A stretch of DNA of 64,000 bases from Candidatus Latescibacterota bacterium (GCA_965198115.1 OZ240241.1:8064001-8128000); one strand, 5' to 3'. Shown: positions 20,130-31,350, counted from the first letter of the stretch. The notes: generated by a model from the letters alone, not told the origin. Program-made: numbers and translations.

Positions 20130-21059
20130 TCACGCGGGACTCTTGGAGCACCTGAAGCCGATATGATCCTGCATGTTGGCCTCTGGAGCCCAATGACGTG
20201 CCGCACACCTGACGTCGGCCTTGTTGCCCGCGTAGAAACCGCCACGGATCACACGATATTGTCCGCCCGGGGGACCCTCCGGGTTGTCACGGGGTGCCGT
20301 CTTATAGTACTCGTCGTAGTACCAGTCCTCGCACCACTCCATGGCGTTCCCGCACGAATCCCAGACCCCATAGGGGCTCGCGCCGCCGGGGAAATGATCG
20401 GCGGGAGTCGGCCCGCCGTATTCGTTTCCACAATTCACGTTGTCTTTTCTGAAAGCATCGCCCCACGGGTAGGTCTGACCGACCGTGCCCCGTGAAGCCT
20501 TTTCCCACTCAGCTTCTGTAGGAAGCCGCTTACCAACCCACAAGGAATATGCCTTGGCGTCGTTGAAGCTGACGTTCGTGACCGGGTGACCCGCCTGATC
20601 GAGCTGGTAGGTGCCACTCGTCCAATGCGGCGGACGTCGGTGCCCTGTCACGTCCACGAACATCTTGTATTCCTGGTTGGTCACGGGCAGCTTGTCGATC
20701 TGAAAGGCGTTCAGGAGAACCGTCCGAGCCGGTGTTTCGTCCCGGCCACCTTCGTCGTCACCCATGACGAATTCTCCCGCGTCGATGGCGATCATCTCCT
20801 TTTGGTTCACCTGCGATTGCAGGGCCAGCCTCTGCTCGTCCAGGGCATCCAGCTCCGTCTTGAGTCCCTCGATCCGACGGAGGCTCTCTTCCGTAGCCTG
20901 TTCCGCCTCCTGGATCTGCCTTTCGACGTTTCCACGACTCGATTCCAGCTGTTCCACCGTGGGTTGGAGCAGGGCCGCCTGCTTCCTGAAGACCGCGAAA
21001 ATCTGGAAACAGAATGCGGCAAAACAGGCCATGAGTACCGGATACATCCAATCACCCAA
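20130..21059 (-). CDS. Membrane-anchored coiled-coil + FGE-sulfatase (SUMF1-like) domain protein
   Basis: RLPTEAEWEKA, YPWG, GNAMEW, IGFRC; N-terminal TM helix and coiled coil. Confidence 0.85.
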   Translation of the reverse strand: MGDWMYPVLMACFAAFCFQIFAVFRKQAALLQPTVEQLESSRGNVERQIQEAEQATEESLRRIEGLKTELDALDEQRLALQSQVNQKEMIAIDAGEFVMGDDEGGRDETPARTVLLNAFQIDKLPVTNQEYKMFVDVTGHRRPPHWTSGTYQLDQAGHPVTNVSFNDAKAYSLWVGKRLPTEAEWEKASRGTVGQTYPWGDAFRKDNVNCGNEYGGPTPADHFPGGASPYGVWDSCGNAMEWCEDWYYDEYYKTAPRDNPEGPPGGQYRVIRGGFYAGNKADVRCAARHWAPEANMQDHIGFRCSKSPA

Positions 21060-21204
21060 AACGGGATCCTTGGTTACGGTTCAAAGGGTGTGAAACGCGA
21101 TAAAAAATTAGTGTTTTGGGGGTGGGGAGTCAAACCGTTTGTCCAAACGTCAGAACGCCGGGTTGGGCGTCGTATCCACGCGTTTTGTTGTCAGCGGGGA
21201 TACC

Positions 21205-21633
21205 ATGGCCTATCTTACGGGGGTCCAATCGACCGGTCAGTCCGCGAAAGGCAGCACCTTGGCAAGAGTCCTCGTCATCGACGACGATCCCAACGTGGGC
21301 GAAGTCATCAAACGGCTCCTGTCGGATCGGGGCCACGAGGTCATCCTGAGCTACAACGGGGATGACGGCTATGCCCTCCTCGAGGCGGAGGAGTTCACGA
21401 TGGCAATCGTGGATATTTTCCTTCCGGGCACGAGCGGTCTCGAGATTATCCAGGCTGTAAGCGCGAACTATCCGGGCGTCAAAATCATCGCCATGACCGC
21501 TTTCGGGGCCCAGGACGACATCGACCTCAAGGGTTTCGCCGAACGTTACGGCGCCATCGGCACGATCGAAAAACCCTTCGACAACGACGTTCTCCTCCAA
21601 TCCGTGAGCCAGGCTTTGGAAGCAACCAGCTGA
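21205..21633 (+). CDS. Single-domain response regulator (REC)
   Basis: RVLVIDDD, IVDIFLPGTSG, IAMTA, EKPF. Confidence 0.85.
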   Translation: MAYLTGVQSTGQSAKGSTLARVLVIDDDPNVGEVIKRLLSDRGHEVILSYNGDDGYALLEAEEFTMAIVDIFLPGTSGLEIIQAVSANYPGVKIIAMTAFGAQDDIDLKGFAERYGAIGTIEKPFDNDVLLQSVSQALEATS

Positions 21634-21774
21634 CGCCTGGCGCCTCACGCAACCCATTCGACTACCCACCCTCGGTCTCGCAACATATTCCTCATCCCTG
21701 CTTTACGACCAGTTCGCATCGCATCAGCGACCTCAAACGGTCGCTGACTGGCCGATCTACATAGGGTAGAGCCC

Positions 21775-23139
21775 ATGGACTCCACAGTCGGTGTATCCGC
21801 GCTCTTCTGGGGCGCTCTGAGTGCAGTCTCACTACCTCTGGGTGCCATCATCGGGCTCGTGCTGACGCCAAAGCGGAGAGTCGCATCTTCGGCCATGGCT
21901 TTTGGCGGAGGCGCGCTGCTCTTCGCACTCACCATCGAGCTGTTCGGACACGTGCTGCACGTCGCGGCCGATGATCACGGTCACGTCGAACGTCCCGGGT
22001 TGGTGTTGGCCGCCATGGCTGCGGCGGTCCTGGGTGGAGTGCTGTTCAACACGCTGAACCTGATCCTCGAGGGGAAGGGCGGTTTCCTCAGGCGTCGAGG
22101 GCTGATCCGACGTCACGTGGTTCGACAACGGCGCTCGGAAGCGCATCAGCTGCTGCAGAGTCTCAGCAAAGTCGACTACTTTCGATCTCTACCCGCCGAG
22201 GAAGTCCTCCGTCTGATTCCCGACGTAGAAACCATGACATTCGACGAAGGTCAGATCATCTTCAACGAGGGTGACGAGGGTGACGGTCTCTACGTCGTTG
22301 CGGAGGGTGTGATCAACGTCTCCAGAAAATCGGAGTCGGGAGAAGACCTCATCATCGCGTCGATCGGACCCGGTGACGTCGTGGGTGAGATGTCGCTCGT
22401 GACCGACAATCCCAGAAGCGCGACCGTCCTAACAGAGTCGCACGTGCGAGCCTGGAAAATCCCCAAGGAACCGTTCCACCGTCACATGGAGGAATCGCCC
22501 AACCTGAAGGCGGCGATCCATCAGGTCGTAGCCGACCGGATCCAATCCCTCGAGCAAGCGGGTCACGTCACGGCCGAAACAGCCACCGAGTGGGCGGGCT
22601 CGGCGGTCAAGCACATCGAAGACCAGACGGTCGTCGGTATCACATCCGAACTCGTTCAGGAAGAACAGCACAAGCACGGAAACCCGGCGCTCGCGATCTG
22701 GATGGGGATTGCCCTCGACAGCATTCCCGAATCCCTGGTCATCGGCATGCTCGTCGTCACCTCTGCTGCCGAGGGCACGGCGTTCAGCATCGCTTTCATT
22801 GCTGGCGTGTTTCTCGCCAACATGCCCGAGGCCATGTCGAGCGCCGTCACCATGCGGAAGGGCGGAATGACCACGACACGCATCTTCTGGATGTGGTTTT
22901 CCCTTTGTGTCCTGACGGCGGCCGGTGCTTGGGTGGGCACCGTCATTCTTCCCGCCCATCCGACGGGCTCCGACCTCTACCTCGTGTTCGTGATCGAAGG
23001 CCTCGCTGGCGGGGCGATGCTGACGATGATCGCGCAGACGATGCTTCCCGAGGCTTTCGAGCAGGGCGGAGGCCCTATCGTCGGACTCTCGACCCTTGGC
23101 GGATTCCTCGCTGCCCTTGCCGTCAAGATGATGCCCTGA
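21775..23139 (+). CDS. ZIP (ZupT/GufA)-family transporter with inserted cyclic-nucleotide-binding domain
   Basis: MAFGGGALLFAL (ZIP TM2), central IFNEGDEGDGLY...GEMSLVTDNPRSATV, then LDSIPES, ANMPEA, GAMLTMIAQTMLPEAF. Confidence 0.8.
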   Translation: MDSTVGVSALFWGALSAVSLPLGAIIGLVLTPKRRVASSAMAFGGGALLFALTIELFGHVLHVAADDHGHVERPGLVLAAMAAAVLGGVLFNTLNLILEGKGGFLRRRGLIRRHVVRQRRSEAHQLLQSLSKVDYFRSLPAEEVLRLIPDVETMTFDEGQIIFNEGDEGDGLYVVAEGVINVSRKSESGEDLIIASIGPGDVVGEMSLVTDNPRSATVLTESHVRAWKIPKEPFHRHMEESPNLKAAIHQVVADRIQSLEQAGHVTAETATEWAGSAVKHIEDQTVVGITSELVQEEQHKHGNPALAIWMGIALDSIPESLVIGMLVVTSAAEGTAFSIAFIAGVFLANMPEAMSSAVTMRKGGMTTTRIFWMWFSLCVLTAAGAWVGTVILPAHPTGSDLYLVFVIEGLAGGAMLTMIAQTMLPEAFEQGGGPIVGLSTLGGFLAALAVKMMP

Positions 23140-23342
23140 CGCTGCCACTCCACGGCTCAAAGCCTGTGTAGAAGCACGACGTGCACTGGCGACGGCCGTC
23201 CACGTCCACCCCAACCACCCACGCCACGTCCGTTATCGCAATCGCAGAGGTACTCACGTCGCAATTCGCGTGCCCTGAGTCTCGGGCGATTGCGTCGCCT
23301 GCCTCTGACTGCTACCTTCCTGACCCGACGGTCCGAACCTAA

Positions 23343-24637
23343 GGGTTCGCGAATAAATAAACGGTCGATCTCAATGTTGAGCCATTGGCCGGATCGTGTA
23401 GTTCCAGTCGCCGTGGAAATCGTGCGGAGTGAGATCGATTTGGGTCATCTGTTCATCGGTCACCTTGACCCCGTTAGGGTAGGGTCGCTTGTCGATCTCG
23501 GAGCGTACTCGGAGACCGGCTTGAGTGGTCGTTCCGGCAATGAGATTCACGGTTGCAGCCAGGCTGACCAGGGGCTTGCCTCGCCCAGTTCATAGCGATG
23601 AAGGAGAACAGGCGATGTTCGATCTTGTTCCACTTACTAGTGCCAGGAGGGTAGTGGCATACGGTGATCGTCAGGCCAGTGCGATTCGCAAAGCGCTGCA
23701 GCTCCCACTTCCACAGCCGCGTCTTGGCGCCGTTGCTGCCGCCTGCGTCCGCCGTGATTAGCAGATGCGTCGAAGTGCCGTAGGCGGGCCGTCCCATGTT
23801 CTTCCACCAACTTCGGATCGCATTCACGGCGAAGCTGGCCGTGTCGTGATCGATACCGACACTTACCCAGCCTTCATCACGGCTCAGATCATACACTCCA
23901 TAAGGGATCGCCTTGCCCTGAGCAGGCACTATGAAATCGTGTACCTTCACACGCTCCGGGTCTCCCTTGGGTCGCCATTCTCGGCCAGGATTCTTGAAGT
24001 CGCCGATCAACTCTTTCTTCTTGGTGTCCACCGAGATAACGGGAAGGCCCTGCTGCTACTGCTGGCTAATCCGATCATCGAGGTAAACGAACTGAGCGTC
24101 CCGATCCGGGTGTGCAGATCCCTCCCTTGTCTTCCGATTCGCCTGCAGCGTGTAATCGTGTTCGTGCAGGAGATTGGCAACGATCCTGGGGCTCACCGAA
24201 TGCCCCATCGCTTGCAACTCGGCGGCCAGTTTGCGAGTGCTCTTCGATGTCCATCTCAGAGGATTGTCGTCAGGCGACCCCGCAGTCGTTGGCTCGACCA
24301 GATCATTCAGGTCCTGCCACAGCGTCGGGTCCGTGTCGGCCTTCCGCTTACGACCGCCGCCTGGACGCCGGATGCGAGCCGGGTCCAAAGGTTCGTCCGA
24401 CCTCAACTCCTGAATGCCACGAAAGATCCGCTCTCTGGACATTCCTGTCGCCAGAGCCACAATCGCGATCCCACCGTGACCCAACGCTTCGGCTTCCGTG
24501 GCGGCCCACAGACGACGCGTGCGTTCCGTCAGCACCGGAGCCAAGGCTTCATACTTCGTTCGGAGAGTTTCGACGTCCACACTCCGAGCGTAAGATCATT
24601 ACCTTGAAAAGTGCAGCACTTATTTCGTGGCAAACCC
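23343..24637 (-). mobile_element. ISAzo13-family insertion sequence
   Basis: Imperfect IRs GGGTT(C/T)GC....AAATAA; TAA duplicated at 23340-23342 and 24638-24640. Confidence 0.85.
23371..24580 (-). pseudogene. ISAzo13 transposase, inactivated
   Basis: ISVDTKKKELIG and PPGTSKWNKIEHRLFS motifs. In-frame TAG at 24056-24058 and a +1 G frameshift near 23585 (NW/RGKPL). Confidence 0.85.
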
Positions 24638-24654
24638 TAAGCTGGAGGATCCCC

Positions 24655-26172
24655 ATGAACCGACGTTTTCAGATCCTGGCTATCTCCCTTTCGCTCGCTT
24701 CGTTACCGACCGAGGCTGCCGACAAGGTTCCGATCACGACCTCGTCCCCAGCCGCGCTCGAGAGCTACCTCCAGGGACGCGATCTGGCGGAAAAACTCCG
24801 GGGTCAGGAGGCCCGAGCTCATTTCGAAAAAGCCATCGAGCTCGATCTGGACTTTGCAATGGCCTATCTGTCGGGCTCCCTCACCCGAGCCACCGCAAGG
24901 GAATTCTTCGAACATCTGGAAGCAGCCGTCTCGAAGGTCGATAAGGTATCCGATGCGGAGAAGAATTGGATCCTCGGTTTCCAGGCAGGCGTGAACGGAG
25001 AAACGGCCCGACAACGCGAACACTACGAGGCGCTCCTGGCGGCTTACCCGAGCGACGAACGCGCACACAATCTCTTCGGCAATCATTGGTTCGGTCAGCA
25101 GGAGTGGACAAAGGCGATCCAATCCTACGAACGCGCCACGACGATCGACCCCGACTACACACAGAGCTACAATCAGATGGGCTATGCGCGTCGGTTCCTC
25201 GAAGATTTCGAGGGGGCCGAGAGAGCCTTCGAAAAATACATCTCGTTAATCCCCGACGACCCCAATCCCTACGATTCTTATGCCGAACTTCTGATGAAAA
25301 CGGGAAAGTATGAGAAGTCGATCGAGAATTACAAGAGGGCGCTACAATCCGACCCTTATTTCGTGGCCTCTCACATCGGCATCGCAACCAACCTGAACTA
25401 CCTGGGCCGTCACAAAGACGCACGGAAGCAGCTGAAGGAAATGCAGAAACAGGCACGCGATGACGGCGAACGACGGGGGGCCCTGTTCGCCATCGCCATC
25501 TCCCATTTGGATGAGGGAAGTGTCGAGCACGCGATCGCTTCCATCCATCAGGAACAGATGATCGCGGAAAAACACGATGATGCCGGACTGAAGGCGGGAG
25601 ACCTCATCAACATCGGCAACATCTTGCTGGAGACGGGCAAGCCGGCGGAAGCACTCGCCCTATTCGCTGAGGCGCTGGCAACGATGAGAGCATCGGAACG
25701 TTCGGACAAGGTCAAGGCCACCGCGCTCCGAGTATTCCACTACAACGCCGCCCGCGCCGAGATTGCCAGGAGCAGCTTCAACGCAGCGGGGGCCCACATC
25801 GCCGCCCTCGACCGAGAGAGCGTGGCCCTCGAGAATCCCTTCCTCACGCGCCAGGTGCACGAATTGCGGGGCACGCTCCATCTCGCTCGAGGCGAGTTCG
25901 GCGATGCTGATGCGCAGCTCCAGGGTGCGAATCAGCAAAATGCTTACAACCTCTACCGCATCGCGCTCGCCCACAAAGGCCAAGAAGATCTGGCCACGGC
26001 CAGGCATTGGCTCGAGAAGACGGTCAACTTCAACGCGCTGAACAGCCTGAATTACGCGATGGTTCGACACAAGGCCCAACGCACACTGGACGAGATGAAC
26101 TTAGTACTCCTGTTCGCAAATACGGTGACGTATTCTAAGCAGACTTTGCCAAGGGCGTATCGTAGAACCTGA
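24655..26172 (+). CDS. Secreted tetratricopeptide-repeat protein (C-terminus altered by IS630)
   Basis: GGAGG RBS, signal peptide, repeated TPRs (FEKAIELDLDFAMAY, PDDPNPYDSYAELLMK). Last codons read into the IS630 end. Confidence 0.85.
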   Translation: MNRRFQILAISLSLASLPTEAADKVPITTSSPAALESYLQGRDLAEKLRGQEARAHFEKAIELDLDFAMAYLSGSLTRATAREFFEHLEAAVSKVDKVSDAEKNWILGFQAGVNGETARQREHYEALLAAYPSDERAHNLFGNHWFGQQEWTKAIQSYERATTIDPDYTQSYNQMGYARRFLEDFEGAERAFEKYISLIPDDPNPYDSYAELLMKTGKYEKSIENYKRALQSDPYFVASHIGIATNLNYLGRHKDARKQLKEMQKQARDDGERRGALFAIAISHLDEGSVEHAIASIHQEQMIAEKHDDAGLKAGDLINIGNILLETGKPAEALALFAEALATMRASERSDKVKATALRVFHYNAARAEIARSSFNAAGAHIAALDRESVALENPFLTRQVHELRGTLHLARGEFGDADAQLQGANQQNAYNLYRIALAHKGQEDLATARHWLEKTVNFNALNSLNYAMVRHKAQRTLDEMNLVLLFANTVTYSKQTLPRAYRRT

Positions 26173-27342
26173 GTTTGTCGATCATCTCCGCGAGATCTGT
26201 TCGTGTGAACTTCCATTTGAAGGGTGTGGCGATACGTCCGTAGCGTTCCTGAAAACCGAGGATTCTTGCCTCAAGCTCTTCGAGCGATGCAAATTCGATA
26301 GGTGTCAGAGCCTTGCGTTTGAGGATCGAGAAGTAGATCTCGATCTGATTGAGCCAGCTTGCGTGGATCGGAAGGTGAACGGGGTGGATGTTTGGCCACT
26401 TCCCCTGGATACGGTCGATGCATGTTTGCCCTCGGTGCGAGGAGCCATTATCCACGATGAGGTAGACTTTCTTTGCCGAGCAATAGGGTTTCCGGCTCAT
26501 GATCAGGCTCAGGAGCCGGTTGAAGGGCTCGATACCCGAAGAAGACTCACAGAGACCGAAGATTCGACCATTGTGCACGTCGAGAGCAGCCAGATAGGCC
26601 AGGGCTCCTTTCCGCTCGTATTCGTGTTCAACGCGTGCCGCTCTGTTCGAGGCTGGCGGTAGGGTAACGTGCTTGCGAGCTCGTGCTTGAATACTGGTCT
26701 TTTCGTCGGCAGAAAGTACATATTCCCTCGGCCCTAAAGGCTTTCCTTGCCATTGGCGGTGATACAGATCAAGGACTCTACCTGCTTTGGTTTGGAAGTC
26801 CGGGTCCCGTGGGAAAATCCAGGAGCGATGATACCAAGGACGAATCGCGTCCTCGTTCAACCAGCGCCAGACAGTGGCGCCGCTGATCTTGGCAACGAAG
26901 CCCCTTTGCACTGCCTCGGCGGCAATCTCGGAACAGCTGAACCGCGAGAGCGGTATCCCGCTCTCGCTCGGTAGTTCACACGCCAGCGCCTTGATCTGAA
27001 CGACCACCTGAGGGGGGAAAACCGGGCGGGCGCCCGGGACGAGATCTATCTTCGAGTCCCGAAAGACGCTCTTCGAAAAAGCGCTTACGCCATTTGCTTA
27101 CGATCGGACGCGGGACATCCAACCGTTGGGCGATAATCTTGTTGGATAATCCCTCGGCGGCGAGAAGCACGATTTTCGATCGGATCACTTGATAATACGA
27201 TAACGTATATTGTCCAGCCATTCGCTCGAGGTCGACCCGTTCCTTCTCAGACAGTAGCACCACATAAGGCGAACGTCTTGGCATTGTTCTCCTCCTTTTG
27301 AAGGAGAACATAAGTTACAAATAATGTTCAGAACATACGTAA
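26104..27342 (-). mobile_element. IS630-family element (orfA 27284-26976 HTH; orfB 27007-26135 DDE)
   Basis: TA at 26102-26103 and 27343-27344; weak IRs; DEKTSIQ, DNGSSH, SWLNQIEIYF. ORFs are joined at a T4C6 slippery run (27012-27021). Confidence 0.85.
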
Positions 27343-29628
27343 TAATGTTTATGAAACCATGCACTTAGTTTCTTCGGTTTTCCTTCGATCATCTCCAGCA
27401 ATTGCTCAGCTTCCGAAACAGTGTAGTATGGGTCTGACTTGCCCATTAGCATCAGGAAAGGACGCGCTCCAATCCCTCGAGCGAAATTGTGGGGCGATAT
27501 AACTGCCATTTCCGGTGGCTTCATGGCGTTCAGCGGGGTCACACAGACCACAGATGCCTTGATTCTTGGTTCACAGGCGTTGAGGCCGAATACGATGAGG
27601 CTTCCCATGCTCCACCCGAGTACGGCAATGCGTTTTCTATCGATCTCAGGTCGAGTTTCGAGGTAGTCGATTGCCCGACGGTGTTCCACCGTGGTCTGCA
27701 GAATCATCTCTCGCGAGCGGTTGTACCACTTGTCCCGGGCCCACATATCCCTGGGACTTTCGTAGTCGTTCTCGACGATTCTCTCTCCATGATACTTTTG
27801 CATCCAATGTGAGAACGGCAAAGCCAGCGGCAATCAGTTGCTTGGTGACCTTGCCGCCATAGTTGAACGAGTCATGAGCTATAATCAAAAGGTGTGGAAA
27901 AAGAGAAAGGGCGACCCTACCCTTCCCGTGAGATAGTTGATTCACACAAAACCGGGTGAGAGGCCCGGTTGGGAAGGAGGATCGCCGTGAAGGAACATAC
28001 GCATAGAGCCCCATTGAAGTCCATGCCGACGTGGGAGACGGTTGACGATTGGATCCGTGAAGAGATCCAGGGCCGGTTCCAGTTCATTCTGGAGGAGGAG
28101 GCGACCGCGTTCTTGGGCCGGTCGTGGTATGAGCGCCGAGCCGAGGTCGATAGCTCCAGGGGCTACAGGAACGGCTACGGCAAGCCCCGGCGTCTCTCGA
28201 CGAGCTGCGGAACGATCAAGGTCCGGCGTCCCCGGGTTCGTGGTCTGGAAGAGCGGTTTGAAAGCCGCATCCTCCCCCTGTTCGCCCGGAGAACCAGGGC
28301 CATTGGAGATCTGCTTCCCGACCTTTATCTCCACGGTCTCTCCCAGGGCGACTTCGAGTTGTCTTTGCGTGCGCTGCTCGGTGATGGCGCGCCGCTTTCG
28401 CCGACCTCGATCGCTCGTCTTCGAGGGAAGTGGGAGGTCGACTTCCAGGACTGGAAAGAAAGGCGTCTGGATAATCGCGAACTGGTCTACGCCTGGGCTG
28501 ATGGCATCTACGTCAAAGCCGGGCTCGAGCGCGAGAAGGCGTGTCTGCTGGTCGTGATCGGCGCGATGAGCGACGGCAGCAAGGAGATCCTGGCGATAGA
28601 ACCCGGTTATCGAGAGTCTACAGAATCCTGGCTCACGGTGCTCCGGGATCTCCGGGATCGCGGGCTCGAACATCCTGTCCTGATCGCCGCGGACGGGAAT
28701 ATGGGCATCTGGGCGGCCGTTGATCAGGTCTGGCCAGAGAGCCGGCAACAACGGTGCTGGAACCACAAGATCCTCAACGTGCTCGACAAGGTCGCCAAGC
28801 GTGCACAGGCTGAAGCCCGCGCACTGCTCGTCCAGATCCCCTATGCCGGCACGAAAAAGGAGGCCGAGAAGCTCCGGAAACGCTTTGCCGCACGGTATCG
28901 CTCACAGTTCCCTGCCGCCGTGGAGACGCTCGAAAGAGACTGGGATCGGATGGTCACGTTCTACGACTTCCCGAAGGAACACTGGAAACACCTGAGAACC
29001 ACGAACGTCGTCGAGAGCCCCTTTGCTTCCGTTCGGCTTCGCACAAACGCCGCCAGGCGATTCAAGAAAGTCAGGAACGCCACGACTCTCATCTGGCGTA
29101 CGCTCAAGGTCGCAGAGAGCCGATTCAGGAAACTCACCGCGCCACACTTGCTACAACAAGTCTACGATCAGAAACACTCAACCGGACCGCAGGTCGAAGC
29201 CGGGAAGATGGCCGCCTGATTTCTTTTACACACCTATTGACCTGAGCTCACGAGTCATCCCGCCACCAGTTCTCCTTCGTAGATGCCATTCCGTGGATCA
29301 GGATTACGCAGGGCGATGGCTCGGTGGCCGTCTTGGGTATTCCTATGTATCCTGGGACACGGCTGTCTCTGACTCCGTTGAAGACGATCTTCTCTTGGAT
29401 ATAGTCTGGGGCTTCCATCCTTCCCACCGTACGAGGTGAGAGTGGTATCCCTGGGTCGTAATCGTGGAATTGAAGGATCGTCTCGTAGGCTTCGTCGGAG
29501 TAAATGCGGTAGGAAGGTACTTCTCCCGTATCGGAGGGCGTGACATCTGCAGCAGATGATGGTGCCCAGATGGACACTGGGAGAATGAGGATGGTGATGA
29601 TGCGAGTGAGTCGACGTTGAAAATGCAT
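27343..29628 (-). pseudogene. Secreted alpha/beta hydrolase (cassette 4 gene), disrupted
   Basis: Signal peptide, VILIHG, GWSMG nucleophile motif. Split by IS256; frameshift at AAAA near 27798; C-terminal His segment apparently missing. Confidence 0.8.
27876..29249 (+). mobile_element. IS256-family element, copy 1 (transposase 27969-29219)
   Basis: IRs GAGCT....TCAA.AGGTGTG; 9-bp TSD ACGAGTCAT (27867-27875, 29250-29258); YAWADG, QRCWNHK, RTTNVVES. Confidence 0.95.
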
Positions 29629-29645
29629 ATCATTTCTCCCATTTC

Positions 29646-29785
29646 ATATATCGGTCGAAATTTGCGACGGTTGCCGTCCCGAAGGGTGTGGCGCGGGACT
29701 TGCGTAAGCAAGGCCCGTGACAAAAGGCAACTGTGCCGAAGGCCGAAGGAAGCGAAGCGACCAGGGCGAAAATTGTCTGTTACAC
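29646..29785 (-). other. attC-like site 3 (long, R' degenerate)
   Basis: Minus strand GTGTAAC...ATTTTCG...ACAGTTGCC...CTTGC-TTAC-GCAAG...GGCAACCGT-CGCAAAT...GATATAT; 140 bp; lies just upstream of the cassette 4 ATG. Confidence 0.55.
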
Positions 29786-29803
29786 GCTGGCGGCGCGCCC
29801 CCA

Positions 29804-31193
29804 GGTCAAGTCCCATAGTCAGTTGAAACTCATCGGGCCCCGTAGTTTGGTCAGGCTCTCTTTTGAGCATTCTGTTCGTTGTCGAGATTCAGATCTTTGT
29901 TCAGTGCTTGCCTGAGTAGGGGAAGATGTTTGTATCCGCTCACGCGTCGCAGGCGAGGTTCGATGTCGAGGAGTGCGGCAGCCACCCATCTGTGTCTCTG
30001 GGGAGAGTTGTTCCAGCGTCTGACCTTCCGAGTGAGCTCGCCGGTCATGCTGTTGAGGGCTTCGATGCAGTTGGTGGTTCGGAAGCTTCGTTTCAGGAAT
30101 GGGAGCATACCCAGCCGGTGGAGGGTCAGGGTTTCCTCCTGGCCTTCCTCGACGAGGCTCGTTACGGCAGACTGATTCATCAGCTTCAGTTCGGGTTTAA
30201 GTGATTCGAGTGCGGCCTTTGCCTCCTCGTAGGTGTCGCAGTCATAGGCTTTCTGGAGCTTCCGTCGAACTCTTGGACGTTCCCTCTCCGGGAGATAGCT
30301 GACGACATTCTCGCGCTTGTGCCACTGACAGCGATGCACGCGCACATACCCTTTGAGGGCTTTGGTGACAGCACTGCGGAGTCCCTTTGAGCCGTCAAGC
30401 ACAACGAGAAGGCCCTGGTCGTAGCACAGGCCTCTCCGGATGAGGTCCTGGATCAGCTGGCGGCAGATCCGTTCGTTCTCCGTCGCCGATTCGACGAAGC
30501 CCAGGGGGATCTTCTGGCCGTCCATCGTGACCCCCGGAGCGATCACGATCTCTTCGTCGGCAAAGCTCTTTCCGTCAATGAACAGGGTCACGAAGCCGTA
30601 GTCGTCGAGGGGACGCTCCTGGAACTGCTTCAGCTTCTTCGCGGTGGCTTTGATGAACCGCCGCGAGACGGAGGACGCTGAGATACCAAACGCTTCTGGA
30701 ACCGATTCGGCACAGGCCTTGTAGTTGCGGCACGAGATCCCCTTGAGAACACGAAGCAACAGCCCCTCGTCCGTCTTCTTGGGCGTCTGTAGAGCCCGGT
30801 ATGCAGCCAGGGAAACCTCTGCGTCGGCCTCGACGTCGCGCACCCGGGGAACGTCTAACGGGAGCTTCTGGTCCATCAGATACACGGATCCCTTCTGGCT
30901 TCCCCACCGACGATGCGTCTGCTCCGAACCTTTGCGCGCATACCGAACGCCTGCGAGCTGCTCGACCTCCTGCTGGAGGAGGTCTGCCACTGCCTCCAGA
31001 CCCAACGGGATCAACGCCTGGATCACCGACAAACGCGTCTCCAAATCGATGACATCGCCCTCAACCTTGACTTCACCATCGCCTACAAATAGCTTCTCCA
31101 TCTGGGCTCCTTTCTTACGGGTATACGCTCCTACACGTCTACCCAACGTAAGTTTGGAGCCCTCTAAGTTTCAACTACGATAGGCACAACACC
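29804..31193 (-). mobile_element. IS256-family element (second type; transposase 29851-31146)
   Basis: IRs GGT...AGTTGAAACT; 8-bp TSD CGCCCCCA (29796-29803, 31194-31201); LFIDGK, HRCQWHK, RTTNCIE. Confidence 0.9.
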
Positions 31194-31350
31194 CGCCCCC
31201 ATAAAGCGAAGCAATAGAGGGGCCGACATACCGTGCACGCCATAGACAATGGTTTTCTGTTCTTGTTGTTTTGCTTCCTTGTTTAACGATTTCCCGCTCA
31301 GCCGTCGCTTTTATACACTCGGCTAATCGCCTTGACTCCTCTGAGCAAGC

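Noticed and set aside
23190-23240. CCAC/GTCCAC-rich micro-repeat after the ZIP gene
   Set aside because: Short, irregular and single-copy in the window.
24112-24654. N-terminal extension of the 686-aa TPR ORF
   Set aside because: Lies inside ISAzo13 antisense to the transposase; the RBS and signal peptide mark 24655 as the start.
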